Of a stretch of 64,000 nt of DNA, positions 1 through 13,010 are shown piece by piece; the stretch's first letter is position 1, and each line of letters opens with the position of its first letter. This DNA is from Octopus vulgaris. Lineage: Eukaryota. The DNA is taken from the NCBI GenBank assembly GCA_951406725.2, contig OX597823.1, positions 35,526,001 to 35,590,000 of the forward strand, given 5' to 3'. The notes beneath the pieces were generated by a model. The model saw nothing but the letters and a program-made list of their open reading frames with translations. It searched no databases and was not told where the DNA came from. A program made the translations under genes and the position numbers.

Positions 1-1045
1 CTATTGCCACGTGGTTTGAAAGAAATTTGTGAGCTTCTGCGCCAAGAGTGATCCCCTTGCCATGTATATTGCGGCTGGGATGGAGCCAGAGCCTTGTGCC
101 TTGCTATTTGAGAGAAGTCTAAATGCTTTCTGGGCCCCTGGTTTTCTTGGAGGGATTGTCAGAAAAGTGTTGATGTCAACTTGTTGCATGCGAGCAACGA
201 CCTCAGCGTTAGTAGAAGGCCTGCTCAGGACATTGTTGAAGTGCCCTGCCCATTTTTCCAGTATAGCGTTTTTGTCGCATAGTAGAATGTGTTCCTGTTA
301 GCACTGAGCAGGGGTGAAGACTGTGGCCCATAGATAGCTTTCAGGGCATTGTAGAAGCGTTTGGAGTTATTGCTGTCAGCATACTTTTGTACTTCATCCA
401 CTTAGTTGCTGAGCCAGAAATCCTGAACTTTACCTGCACCTTGCTTTCATGCATGGCAGTGTGCTGTCTCAAGAGACTCTGTAGGATTCATGTTTCTCAT
501 CACGAAACCTCTGAATTTCCTCATAGTTTAGGTCGAACTTGAGTTGGTAACTACTCGTGTTATGGCCAAAAGGAATGAGTGCAGTGTTGTATACCACGTC
601 TCTGAACACCACATAATCCTCTTCTACTCACTCTGTAGAAATATGGAGTTGATTCAAATTGCTGTCCAGGTCCTTGTTGAGGTTCTGTTTCACATTGTTC
701 TATTCCAATTCGCTGATGCTTTGTCGGTTATTTTCGGGCTTCCCTTTTAGTCACCACCTGGGTCGGATATGCATGTTGAGTTTTGCGAGTATGACTATGT
801 GATCTGCCTGGCATTATGTACTACGCATGGTCTTTGTCGCCCTAGCATTTCGCCTGTCCCGTCTCCTGATTATGGCAATCAATTAGATGCCAATGTTTGC
901 TGCGTGGATGCATCCAGGACGCCTTTTAGTGGTTGGGGAGGCGAAACATTGTTGGTGGGCTGCAAGTCATGCACTGCATAAGTCTTCAGTAGATGTCCAT
1001 CGCTGTTGCTCTTGCCAAATCCGAGTGTCCCAATAACGTGTAGAG
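1..1045 (-). mobile_element. Decayed RTE-clade non-LTR retrotransposon fragment (end of APE domain, linker, start of RT)
   Basis: Minus-strand translation gives KHWHLIDC..RRRDRR (APE end), NAILEKWAGHFNNVLSRPST and LSNSKAQGSGSIPAAIY..GSLLAQKLTNFFQTTW, matching RTE KAPG.D.IPAE motifs. Several frameshifts and stops. Confidence 0.85.
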
Positions 1046-1067
1046 CGGGTCACCTTAAGCTAGTCAA

Positions 1068-1830
1068 TTATATATTTTCCATTTTGTTCGATGTCTGCCA
1101 TCTTTCTGGCAGCTTCATGATTCTGCGCTCATAGAACCTCTGGTCCTTATCATCCAAAAACAGAAGCAAGTGCGATTTCAGGTCATCATCATTGTTGAAT
1201 GTTTTACCATTCAAAGAATTTAGCAAACTTCGAAATAAATGATAATCTGATGGTGCAAGATCAGAGCTGTATGGTGGGCGTAACCTCACTTCCCAACAAA
1301 GCTCTACTAATTTCCCACAAGTTAGCAAAGACATGTGTGGTCTAGCGTTGTCATAGTGGAACACGATTCCTTTACGATTTGCTAATTCTGGCCGTTTTTC
1401 TTTGACTGCTTCCTCCAATTTCATTAGTTGTTGACAATAAACATCTATATTGAACATTTGGATCCTTGGAAACAGCTCAAAATACACAACACATTTGTAA
1501 TCCTACGAAATTGACAGCATGACCTTTTTTGATGAAATTCGGCTTACGATGTAGTTTGTGCTGGTTCATTATGCTTGGACCATGATCGTTTTCGATTGAT
1601 GCTATTGTAGACAATCCATTTTTCATCACCAGTGATGATTTGTTTAAAAAAAAGTCGATTTCATTGCGTTTGAGATGCATATCACAAATATTGATTCATT
1701 GTGTTAAGTGAATCTTTTTCAATTTATGTGGAGCCGAAATTTCGAGTTTTTTAACGAATCCAAAACATTTCAAGTGATTTTCAGTTGTTGTGCGTGATAC
1801 ATTTCACCTCTCTGCAATCTCTCGCACGGT
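1068..1830 (-). mobile_element. Mariner (D,D34D) transposase pseudogene fragment
   Basis: ORF 1068..1487 has FHYDNARPH...PPYSSDLAPSDYHLF with 34 residues between the last two catalytic Asp. An upstream frame has FLKQIITGDEKWIVY. Frameshifted, no TIR recognised. Confidence 0.92.
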
Positions 1831-1985
1831 TATATAACAATCAGATTCAATTATATATTGCTTTAGTTTATTAATTTTCTTCTTTGAAATATACATTGAT
1901 TTACAATATTGATATATTACCGATCTTCATCTGGAAGAACTGAAATGTGTAATATAAATCAAAGAAAAATTTTAAAGCATATGAC

Positions 1986-2345
1986 AGGCGCAGGCGTGGC
2001 TCTGTGGTAAGAAGCTCATTTCCCAACCACATGGTTTCGGGTTCAGTCCCACTGTGTGGAACCTTGGACAAGTATTTTCTACTATAGCATCGGACCGACT
2101 AAAGCCTTGTGAGTAGATTTAGTAAACGGAAACTGAAAGAATCCCGTCGTATATAGATATCTGTATGTCTATGTGTGTGTCTGTCTTTGTCCCCCACCAT
2201 TGTTTGACGACCTGTGTTGGTGCGTTTTACATCCCCGTAACTTAGTGGTTCGGCAAAATAGACTGACAGTATAAGTAGTAAGCATAGAAAAGTTCTGTGA
2301 TCGATACATTCGACTAAGAACCTTTAAGGCGAAACAAGTAAAAAG
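1986..2345 (+). mobile_element. tRNA-derived SINE, family A (internal TA/TG microsatellite)
   Basis: Head ggcgcaggcgtggctctgtggtaag...gggttcagtccc has A/B-box-like motifs. Body aaagccttgtgagt..gacggaaactgaaagaa..ccgtcgtata recurs at least 7 more times in the window. Confidence 0.85.
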
Positions 2346-2496
2346 AAGAATAAAATATTAGTATGTTTCTTAATAATTACATCATATTTTCTTTCGTGCA
2401 ATCCCCACCTTATAAATATACAATATGAATTTGATAAAAAATGCATAAGATACATCATTTAGAATGATATCTAAAATACCTTACATATATCACATA

Positions 2497-2929
2497 CTAG
2501 CAGTATAGCCCGGCGTTGCTCGAGTCTGTTTTTTTTTTAGTTGCGCTTAAAACGGCGGACGGAATTTTTGACAAGTAAAAATTTTGCATTATGTAGCTTG
2601 TTATTCTCTTTAAGCGAACATTTTTCTGGTTGAAATACGTCGAAAAATGACGACACCGCAGTCAAAAAATCGTAAAAAATAGGGATTTTCATAGAAAAAA
2701 AAGCATCTTTTCGATGTAAATAATTTTTGGTCTTAACATGGTCCGATTTTTTCTTCTACGGAATGAAGAGCAATCCTTCTTCTATCATACTCTCAATTTT
2801 GGTCAACTTGCGCCGCAGGGTCTCGGAAGAGATAGTGTTAGTTGAAGGCTACCAAACCTGTCACACATACACACACACACACAGACACAGACACAGACAC
2901 ACAGATAACTTCAGCTTTATATATATAGA
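2497..2929 (-). mobile_element. Non-autonomous Helitron
   Basis: Minus strand starts A|TCTATATATATAAAG followed by a (TGTC)/(TG) microsatellite. It ends with a GC-rich subterminal hairpin (cgagcaacgccggg) then CTAG|T. Inserted between A and T with no TSD. Confidence 0.8.
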
Positions 2930-2985
2930 TTGTACCTGTGTCTAAACTGTTTATATTCTATGTTCGGGAACCAAGCAGATTAGCG

Positions 2986-3041
2986 TTGGCATTATAAGTG
3001 GTCGCTGTCTCTCCAAAGACGGCGACCACTTATAATGCTAA
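2986..3041. repeat. Near-perfect inverted repeat (about 25-bp stem)
   Basis: ttggcattataagtggtcgctgtct / agacggcgaccacttataatgctaa with a short ctccaa loop. Confidence 0.9.
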
Positions 3042-4119
3042 GGCTACTCAATGCAAACAACTCCTAGACTATTATCATGTGTGCAAACACGCGTGCGAGC
3101 ACACATGCACACATATATACACACCTCCCCTTTCTCATAAAATAAATTAAAGTTTCTTCTGTATCAGAGAGAAAGGTTGATATTGCTGTCTAATCAAATG
3201 TTTAAGTTAGAATTATCAAATGAATTTCGATTTAGCTAATGGGAAATTCAATAAAAGCAAAGTTTTTCCTTTTGAAATCCCAAATATCTGGAAAATTCTT
3301 AATCACAACTGACATTTCTTTTCTTTTTTATGAAAATATTTTGAAATAAAAGTGAAATATGTATTCTTACTATTTAGCAAATCACCCCGCGTTTTGTGAT
3401 TATAATTTGAAACTTCAATCTTTGTGTGTGTGTGTGTAAACCGTAAAAATGTCCAGAACTCATGAATTTTGTAAAGCACCCTCTCCCAATTCTCTTCGTT
3501 GCAAAATAAATATTATTTAGTATATGAGCAGTTGTACTGGTCACTTGTTATATTAATGGTTCATATATTATTGTTGACATAGCAAAACAATTTCCATTTT
3601 GAAGACAGGTAATTATTTTTGTATATTTGGTTTTAGTTAATGGACATTTGATAAAAGGTGGGATCTGCAATAATCTATTTTGGAAGTGATAATACAGATG
3701 GGGAAAGCCATTATGAATAGTGAAATTGGTTTTGGTTTTGGATTCTTTTGCTTTTTGCACTGGCATACATGAGAATGTGATGAGTAGATTGGTTTCAGAA
3801 ACACACACACGCACGCGCGCTCGCGCACACATACGAATCTGCACTCGTGCACGGACACACACATGCATATATGAGTGTATAAGCGTATGAATGCACATGT
3901 ATATATAAATGTGTATGTGTGTAGATAGATATGGAAAGAAAGAAAGAGGGAAAGAGAGGAGGAGATTATGAAGTAAGAATAAGTGAGAGAGAATAGGGTT
4001 TGGATTTCTAGCGTAGAAGTCTACGATATAAGCTAATAACAAGAAATACAAAGAAAGATAAGTAGAAACAGGAAAAAGAGTGGATGAATAATATATATAA
4101 AAACAAAAAAATACACATA

Positions 4120-4205
4120 ACACTACGCGCACACACACGCACATACATTCACACACGCACGCATATACATACACACATACATACATACATACATACATAC
4201 ATACA

Positions 4206-4288
<83 letters not shown>
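4120..4288. repeat. Compound (CA)n/(TACA)n/(TA)n microsatellite
   Basis: Direct reading. It explains the overlapping YI/YVCM pseudo-ORFs. Confidence 0.98.
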
Positions 4289-4289
<1 letters not shown>

Positions 4290-4512
4290 AACGCATAAGA
4301 AAGCAAAATATATATAACATTACAAAAATATATATAAGAACATAAAATATGCATCATAATACTAAATAATTCATTCTTTATATCATCTTGGGAAGTTTTC
4401 CGTTTTTCGGTTTTTCTCATGTTAAAGAAGAAAAGTAATGATGGTATGTTGTTGCTAATAGAAAGAAATATCATTAATATAGAAGAAATTTGCCTTATTG
4501 AGGCTCTTAAAG

Positions 4513-4543
<31 letters not shown>

Positions 4544-4546
<3 letters not shown>

Positions 4547-5385
4547 TAGTTTTATTTTTATAGCGTGCTTTCACTTCACTACCGAGCACAGCTCTGTGTG
4601 CCTTGGGTATGTGCTGTGATTTGTTGTGATGCTCTGATGGTTATTGTATGGAAAGTGTTCTGCGTAGGATGTGTGCAGTGCCTAGTAGTGCAATTTTCTG
4701 TATGTTATATGTGTTTGTAAGTCCTGGTGTTTTTGTTATGTATTTGTCTGAATATTTTTTTATCATGCCTAATGCACCTACTATGATAGGAATTGTTTCT
4801 GTTTTCAGATTCCACATTCTAGTTACCTCTATTTCCAGGTCTTTGTATTTTGAGAGTTTCTCCATTTCTTTTAGAGACACGTTGTCATCAGCCGGTATTG
4901 ATACATCAATTAGAAAGCATTTTTTTCTTCATGATCTCTGACAACTATATCTAGTCTGTTGGCCTTAATTTATCTATCTGTGTGTATCGGCATATCCCAG
5001 AGTATGGTTGCTTTCTCGTTTTCTGTGACCTTTTCTGGTGTGTGCCTATACCATCTTTTTTCTGTTGTTATTCCATAATGTTGGCATAGCTTCCAATGTA
5101 TGTAGGTTCCAACTCTGTCATGTCTGTGAATATATTCCTTCTTAGCCAGGACTGGGCAGCTAGAGATAATATGATTTATTGTTTCTTGTCCATCTCCACA
5201 TATTCTGCAGTTACTTGTAATATTTCTTTTCATTACATGTTTTTGGTAATTTCTGGTGGGGAGGCTTTGGTCTTGTGCTGCAATTAAAAATCCCTCTGTC
5301 TCTGCTTTGAGTCCTGAGCTTCTCAACCATTGCTGGGATTTTTCTTTGTCTATTTCTTTTGCGTTTAGTTTAGTCCAGTATTTAC

Positions 5386-5387
<2 letters not shown>
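4544..5387 (-). mobile_element. 5'-truncated R4/Dong-type (REL) LINE 3' end, embedded in (TAA)n
   Basis: ETEGFLIAAQDQSL, zinc knuckle CRICGDGQETINHIISSC, RHD, ILWD.PI.TD, ANRLDIVV...IDVSIP...KEMEKLSKYKDL (REL endonuclease). Both flanks are (TAA)n tracts. Confidence 0.92.
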
Positions 5388-5455
<68 letters not shown>

Positions 5456-6040
5456 GAGTGAGAGAGCAGTGCATGTCATCAAAGTGACACTGGGGTAAAA
5501 TATACGAAGCCCAGTATACTCATCATGACTACCCGTCTGATAAGGGTACATCAGGCACATGCATCACAACCATATTTGCGCGACATGGTGATCTCATATC
5601 AAGATAAACAGCGCATGACCTTGTAGGTGGGGCCCAATTAGAATTTTCTTCTGGTCGAATAGCCCATTCCGCTCAAAACGTCCCCGAATAAGGATTGTTT
5701 AAGGATGATGAACGAAACACCCATATTTCCAAGGGTGAATTATCCAAACCCCAAAGAATTCCTCTCAGCATATGGCTATGATGCTCACCCACTACTTCAG
5801 CTCGTGATCAGAAATGCACATATCATCAGCCACCGGGTGACATGCTCAACTGGTTAAGGTCAAACAACTGACAAGCAAATCTGTGGTATTGAGAATAATA
5901 TTTGCTGTAGTCCATCTTTTATACCAAGACAAAACAATGTACATGGTAACACTTCCAATCAAGATCAGAAGCCATGATAGCCACTACCTGATACTGCATC
6001 AAGGCATGTGAGAGCCACTGCCTGGTGCTGCATCAGGGCA
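5456..6040 (-). mobile_element. Non-coding interspersed element bracketed by (TAA)n and (CAA)n tracts, possibly non-autonomous
   Basis: 585 bp of higher-GC non-coding sequence with sharp borders at trinucleotide microsatellites. A 30-bp unit is tandemly duplicated at one end (5970-6040). Strand inferred from the TAA tail. Confidence 0.5.
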
Positions 6041-6044
6041 TGTA

Positions 6045-6077
6045 GTTGTTGTTGTTGTTGCTATTATTATTATTATT

Positions 6078-6155
<78 letters not shown>

Positions 6156-6178
6156 ATTATTATTATTATTATTATTAC
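6045..6178. repeat. (GTT)n/(ATT)n compound microsatellite
   Basis: Direct reading. Confidence 0.98.
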
Positions 6179-6373
6179 TACATTTGATTGTTGTGTTTGT
6201 TGCAAATGTTACAGTACCTATCTTTACATTCAGTTCCTTAGAAATGAGATTTACGTTTAGATATATTTCTTTACGTTTCAACATGATGGGATACTTTCCA
6301 GGCATCGATTCTTCTTAAAATATCACGTTATTTCATATGCCATACACATAGATTCAAGACTTTTAGAAGAATA

Positions 6374-6405
<32 letters not shown>

Positions 6406-6498
6406 CATCCATCCATCCATCCATCCATCCATCCATCCATCCATCCATCCATCCATCCATCCTATCTATCTATCTATCTATCTATCCATCCATCCATC

Positions 6499-6561
<63 letters not shown>

Positions 6562-6592
6562 CATCCATCATCTATCTATCTATCCATCCATC

Positions 6593-6671
<79 letters not shown>

Positions 6672-6704
6672 CATCCATCCATCTATCTATCCATCTATCC
6701 ATCC

Positions 6705-6768
<64 letters not shown>

Positions 6769-6840
6769 GTCCATCTATCTACCTATCTATTCGTCTGTAT
6801 GTCTGTCTATCAGTCTGTCTGTCTGTAAGTATGTATGTAT
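6374..6840. repeat. Long (TATC)n/(CATC)n tetranucleotide array
   Basis: Direct reading, about 450 bp. Confidence 0.98.
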
Positions 6841-6856
6841 GCATTTAGTATAAGTG

Positions 6857-6990
6857 AAGGTGCATGACCTAGTGAGTAGGGTGTTGTACTCACGATCGTG
6901 ATATTGTGCTTTCTATTCCCAGACTGGTGCCGCGTTGTTGTCCTTCAGCAAAACACTGCATTTCTAGTTGCTCTGTGATAATTTCGACAT
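6857..6990 (+). mobile_element. Degenerate tRNA-derived SINE head, family B-like
   Basis: aaggtgcatgacctagtg..agggtg..tactcacgatcgtgatattgtg...tccttcagcaaaacact resembles the head of the 13972-14316 SINE. Confidence 0.55.
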
Positions 6991-7544
6991 ATTTACTTGT
7001 TTGCATAGCAGTGTAATATACTTTGTCTACGCAAATAGCCGCAGGGCTAACTAGTACAGTCATAATTATATGTTTTTTTTTTTACGTGTAATAATGCAGA
7101 GAACATAGATGAAAATATAGCTGCTGGTTGGCTCGTTTCTTCATCGATCGTCTTTTCCATGATGATCAAATTAATTGCCTGTATTTGCATGACCAGATCT
7201 AATTATCGAACAGTAATCAGTAACACATTCGTAATTGCTCTGTTTCAATATACTAAATATTTCAATTATAATGGCTTGCTACATTCTATAGACACCAATT
7301 GTTTTTATACAACTATTACTATTACATTTATGTCTTTTACCCCATAAATAAAACTTGTGCCAGTGAAGAGATAAAAAGTGCTTATTTCGCAGATTAAACT
7401 GTAAGTTATCGGTTCGATCATATGGGTTTTCCTCGTGTTTGTTAACAAAGAAACTGTGGTCATTGCTCTCGTATATTTGTGTGCAAACTAACACAGACAT
7501 AACAGTATATTACTTAAAGATTGTCTTCAAATTTTGGTCGATTT

Positions 7545-7830
7545 CATAGACTGCAATGTTCGACTGAAACTTAATTTATCAATCCCCAAAAGTTGAAGTG
7601 CAAAGTCGACCCCGACATTTGGACTCAAAACGTAAAGTCGGAAGAAATGCCCCGGCGAGCTAACTACTCTGTTAGTTCGCCGCCTTTTACTATCTAAATA
7701 TTCCTTTCTACCAAAGGCCACAAGGCCAGAAATTATGGTAGAAGGGGCTAGTCGGTTAGATCGTCCCCAGTGCTTGAATGATACTTATTCACCTGGAATG
7801 GATGAAAGGCAAAGTCTACTTTGGCGGAAG
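7545..7830 (-). mobile_element. Two adjacent fragments of SINE family C
   Basis: Contain aaggcaaagtcgac...ttt.gactca.aacgtaa, shared with the copies at 15790, 18075, 51415 and 61775. Confidence 0.75.
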
Positions 7831-10235
7831 AGTCCAGTTGGCGCTACAATCTTTATTGCAGATTCAGTCGATAGCTGTACTCTTCCCAGGGGCGACAACA
7901 CCTGTTCTACGTAAATCATCAAGCCTGACAGCTCCCGACTATGTACAAAAGAGTGCTGGACAGTTTCATCACCCAGCCCACATCTTGGACATGTCGTTGG
8001 CACTGACATTCCGTGCCTGGATAATTTATCGCAAATAGGTAAAGCGTTCCTGTAGCACTGCCAGGTCAGGGATTTTTGGTAATTATCCAAATACTCTGGC
8101 TCGAAAGGTTTTTGGAACAGGTTGGTAAGTTGGTTCCCATCGAACCCCAGAACCCCTGCTAGAGCGTCGTCGCTTTTTTTGCTCTACCAGCCCTCTATAC
8201 AGAATCGAGGTGGTATTCCCACTGCCAGCCTTGCCCGTCTTGTGGATAAGCACGAGTGCCTGTCGACACTCCTTTTGCCATTCAGTCGGATTACGTCTTT
8301 TAACGAAAGGATTTAATGAAAGGATTTAAATCGCTCCAAAGACGCTAGTCGTGGAAAGAATTCCTCTGCCAGCCGATTCCACACATTATCACATTCCAGG
8401 TAGCGCCAGAGATGTCTCAGCCTCAATGCACGTCAGCGCATCATCAACCAGGGCATCCCTAACCCACCCTTTAGCGGTTCCTGGCAGCAAACAGAGCGCC
8501 TCACAAGTGGCTTTCCTCCCTTCCACAATACGCGTAAGAGGATTTGCTTCAACTTGTTCAGCCACGAGTCGGGACAAGGAACAACGCTCAGGCGGTAGGT
8601 GATGACAGATGTAATAAACACCAGTACCACCTCCACCCTTCCTTTCAGGGACAGAGACCTTCCGGACCATGTCCGGACTAGTGACTCCATCCTGTCTGCC
8701 ACCTCGCTCAAATACTTCTCCGTCTGGAAGTGCGGTTCAAACCAAATTCCAAGCAAATTAACAGGACCATCTGTCAAGTGGCCCACGACACTGGACGATA
8801 TTGACTTGTTCCTCCAGGTGCCGAGGCGCAAGCCGATGGATTTGTCCTTGTTAACTTTGCCCCTGCCACCGCCTCGTATCCTCTGATAGCCTCTTCTACA
8901 CGAGGTAGCTGAGCCTCATTGGACACGATGATGGTGACGTCATCCGCATAAGCAGAGACCGACTTACCGCAACCGATTCCATTGGGGGCGTCCCCAAATT
9001 CTCCAACTTCCGCAATAACTGAACGCTTGATCAAAAACGGCTCCGACAGGTAGCCGTTTATCTGGACTGTGGATTTAATGCCGCTATACATGGCGGAGAT
9101 CTAACCACGGAAGTCAGGGCCCAGCCCATCCGCTTCGAGGACCGCCGCCAGGTACTGATGGTGTATTCTGTCAAACGCTTTACTTTGGTCTAAATGTTGA
9201 CCCTACAGGTGAATCTTCCCAGTTTCTAATCGTAGGTTTGATTGCCTCTTCCATTTCTTTGTACTTCTTCTGTTCCATTATCGTTGGTGACTTCCTCCTT
9301 TCTCTTTTTCTTGTTTTTACGTCCAGAAAATTACCGTCTTGTTCTCTTATCTGTTTCTGTTGTTTCTCCACCATTATATTCTCTTAAATACTCTCATCTT
9401 CGATTGCCTCTGCTGCTCTAGGGCGTTTTTTCTCAAGTTTCCTCTTTCCCCACATTCGTAATACTTTGGGGGGCCTCCCCTCCAACATTATCTCCAGCTT
9501 TTCTTCATTTAGTAGCTCTAAAGTTTCAGATATTTCGTTGTAATATTTCTGGCCCACAGCGCAAATTATCTTTAATCTGTAGGCCCAACACTTCACTTAT
9601 TAGGTTCGGCTTATGCCCATCTTCAATTCTTCATTTCCACTCCTTATCTCTGAATAAATAATCGCCGCTATTATCCACTATGTATCTATCCAGAGCGGTA
9701 TTCTTCTCGCCCTAATTCTAACAATTCGTTTCTACAAACAGTTTGGCATCAATGTCCATTTCTCTCCCTGTATCATCTTCTTGGAGGTGTTTTCCCCTCT
9801 CCTTTTGATACAAAGGTTACCACTATAGACGTATATTACTTTCCTCCCGTATGCTGTCTCCTATATAACTTACCAAATTTTCTTCAATTTCTTCCTGCGG
9901 CGTGTTTTCAATTCTCCTTTTATTTGAAAATGTTCTGAATATTACCGTCTTCTTTTCCATTTTCACTGTTTCCTCCTCTAGCAGGGTCCGTTTTATAATT
10001 GACCCTTCCTTCTCTACCATACTACTATATTTCTTTACCAGCTCTCCATTCCACTGTAACATCTCCTGTTGCAGCACACTTGGCTCCAGGCGAAGTTGAC
10101 ATCCAGTAGCTTCTGCATAACTTCTCATCCCTCTCAATCACTGACCACCACGACCCAACAATGGTGGCTTCGCACAAAAAATCGGTTCGAATTCTTCAAA
10201 AACAACACAAAATGTGGCTGTCGATGTCTATTTGC
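7830..10235 (-). mobile_element. Decayed Tx1/L1-clade LINE: ORF1-like region fused to RT and C-terminal region of ORF2
   Basis: 7830-9195 gives LDQSKAFDR.HHQYL, VQINGYLSEPF, SAYADDVT, LSLKGRVEV, KGGLGMP, CPRCGLGDETVQH. 9200-10140 is a broken K/E-rich ORF1-like frame with a zinc-knuckle remnant (EGRPPK..ECGERG). No APE domain seen. Confidence 0.82.
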
Positions 10236-10254
10236 CTTTGCAAATATATAATAA

Positions 10255-11776
10255 TTCCAGTGAAATACATTCACTAATTCCAAAAATAGAAATAAAACAG
10301 ATAGGGCAGGGATTCACCAAAGAAATAAATATGAAATTGGTTTAGAAAAATGTGTCAAAACAACCTTGAAAAGAGGAAAACTAGTTAAGGGTAGTAACAT
10401 CACACTTGATAAAGCAAATTAGATAAGAGAATTAACCCAAAGCCAGACATATAAATATTTAGGAATCAATGAACTAGATACGATGCAACACACACAAATG
10501 AAAGAGAAAATTAAAAAAATGAATACGATAGACGAGTTAGATTAATACTGAAAACAGTGCTCAATTGAAAAACATGATAGGTATCAACACTCTTGCCGTG
10601 CCAGTTATGAGTTACAGCAACAATATTCTAAACTGGACACTAAATGAAGTTACTAAAATAAACAGGAAAACAAGAAAAAAATAATGACAGGATCTAGGAC
10701 GTACCACGCAAAATCTGACATAGAAAGGTTATACATACAACGTATAGAAGGTGGTAGAGGCCTTATACAACTAGAAAACTATTAGAAATTAACCCCCATT
10801 GGACTGCAAAAAAAACTACTTCAGAAGCAAGGAAAACTAATACAAATAGTCACAAAATACGAACAAAACAAAAAACTGTTTTCAGTCTTTAAAAAAGCTG
10901 AGAAATACAAAGAAGTCATACTACCTAACAACTATGAAGAAGAAGAAGAAACAACAAAAGCTGTAAAACAAAGAAATCCAAACTAAAACTAGGACAGAAA
11001 CGAGCCATGATAAAACGATGGCAAGAAAAGCCCCTTCATGGCAAATACTGGGTTAAACTAAACGCAAAAGAAATAGACAAAGCAAAATCCCAGCAATGGC
11101 TGAGAAGTTCAGGACTGAAGGATTTTTAATTGCAGCACAAGACCAAAGCCTTCCCACCAGAAATTACCAAAAACATATAATGAAAAGAAGCATAACAAGT
11201 AACTACTGAATACGTGGAGATGGACAAGGAACAATAAATCATATTGTTTCTGGCTGCCCAGTCCTGGCTAAGAAGGAATTTATTCACAGACACGATAGGG
11301 TTCAGACCTACATACACTGGAAGCTACGCCGACACTATGGAATGACAACAGAAAAAAGTTGGTAGAAGCACACGCCAGTAAAGGTCACAGAAAATGAGAA
11401 AGCAACAATACTATGGGATATGCCTACCGACAGATGACAACGTTTCTCTAAAAGAAATATAGAAGCTTTCGAAACATAATTACCTGGATATAGAGGTATC
11501 TTGAATGTGGTGACTAAAAGCAAACAATTCCTATCATAGCGGATGCACTGGGCACGATAAAAAATATTCAGGCAAATACATAACAAAAACACCAGGACTA
11601 ACAAATATATATAACATACGGAAAATAGCACTACTAGGCACTGCGTGCATCTTACGTAAAATACTTTCAATACAGTAACCATAAGAGCATCACAGCAAAC
11701 CACAGCACATACCCAAGGCACATAGATCTGCGCTCGGAAGTGCAGTGAAAGCACGTTATAAAAATAAGTCTACTGA
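10255..11776 (+). mobile_element. R4/Dong-type (REL) LINE, 5'-truncated, same family as 4544-5387
   Basis: MKFGLEKC, YKYLGI, SDIERLY..R.EGGRGL, HGKYW, IAAQDQSL. The 3' UTR matches the 4544 copy and ends in (TAA)n. Many frameshifts. Confidence 0.92.
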
Positions 11777-11815
11777 ATAATAATAATGATTATGATGATG
11801 ATGATAGTGATGATG

Positions 11816-11895
<80 letters not shown>

Positions 11896-11929
11896 TCTAT
11901 CAAACAACACACCAGGGAAATAACCAACA

Positions 11930-13010
11930 ACGACTCTCGAAACCCAAGAGCAGAGACTTCAACTTCAGTGGGTCCATTGAGAAAAGCGCTCTTTCCCTCT
12001 CCCAACGATATCTTAAGAATTTGTGAATAATTCGTAAAGGAGTTATGAATTATTAGCTTTTAAAGCTTCTTGGATTTCATCGTATCAATCACTCCACCAA
12101 TTTTCCTGCATCATCCTCAACTTCGTCTGCACTATTTCTTAAAATGTGTAGCTTCCTCTGCACTGCCTTAAAATGTGTAGCTGGTGTTCTGTTTGTTGAA
12201 GAGTCAGGATTTAGCTACATGTTGAATACCTTTTGCTTCTCCACTAAGATAAGACCAATTTCTTCATCATTATTTTCAAACTAATCCTGGTGCTTTTTCA
12301 CAACAAAACCAAGAATGATACTACAAAATTCATAGACTCTCTCTTCGAACGAATTGCAACGTCCATCACAGGACAAATTATTTCTCACTCACAGAATCAC
12401 ACTGTACTGACGGTATCATAAGCTTATTGACATCGATCCGTTTAGGTAACTTGACATTGTTTGTTCTAACCTTAGGCTTGATAACAAAATTCACCTTAGC
12501 ACGCAAAAGCCTAACCTGAATTTACTTACAGTTGTAGGATGACGACCGGACCCAGACTGTGGTGCCCTGGGACTCCTGCTGGGCCAGATCACAGAACAAA
12601 ATGTTCCAGAGCCATTTTTGCGATTTACTTCAGTATCAATATCGACTTTCATTGTTTGATTGTGCCTTTTTAGGCTTCGGCCAAACTTGTACATGCAAGA
12701 TGTTCATTTCCTTTTCCTTTCAAGCAATATCTGAGCTTGACGCTTTTTAAAGTGAGGAAAAGTTTTGCACAGCACTAATCCCACTCTCTAAACTACAAAA
12801 CATGATCCAAAAAGAAGAACAAGTCGACATCATCGGGTGGTTTTGCAGTTTCAGGTTTTATATCAGTGTCCTTCTCAGCAGTCGTTGCCTAATCAAAGGC
12901 TAACCCCACAAGACAGCAGTGAAAGATTTAAATTCAGTTACCTTTCCTAGAGAGATTGCCTTCATCACGACTTTGTTAAACACAGGAGCTCCATCAACCC
13001 ACCTTATGCA
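11930..13010 (-). mobile_element. Degenerate RTE-like LINE fragment
   Basis: Minus-strand pieces KPKVRTNNVKLPKRIDVNKL, KKHQD*FENNDEEI (cf. KHQDWFDEND.EI) and VQTKLRMMQENWW resemble the RTE APE-RT linker. Confidence 0.6.

Noticed and set aside
3548-4474. Longest ORF in the track (308 aa) and similar YI/VC/ER/LL/NN-rich ORFs elsewhere
   Set aside because: Frames stay open only because they cross stop-free microsatellites. No protein-like content.
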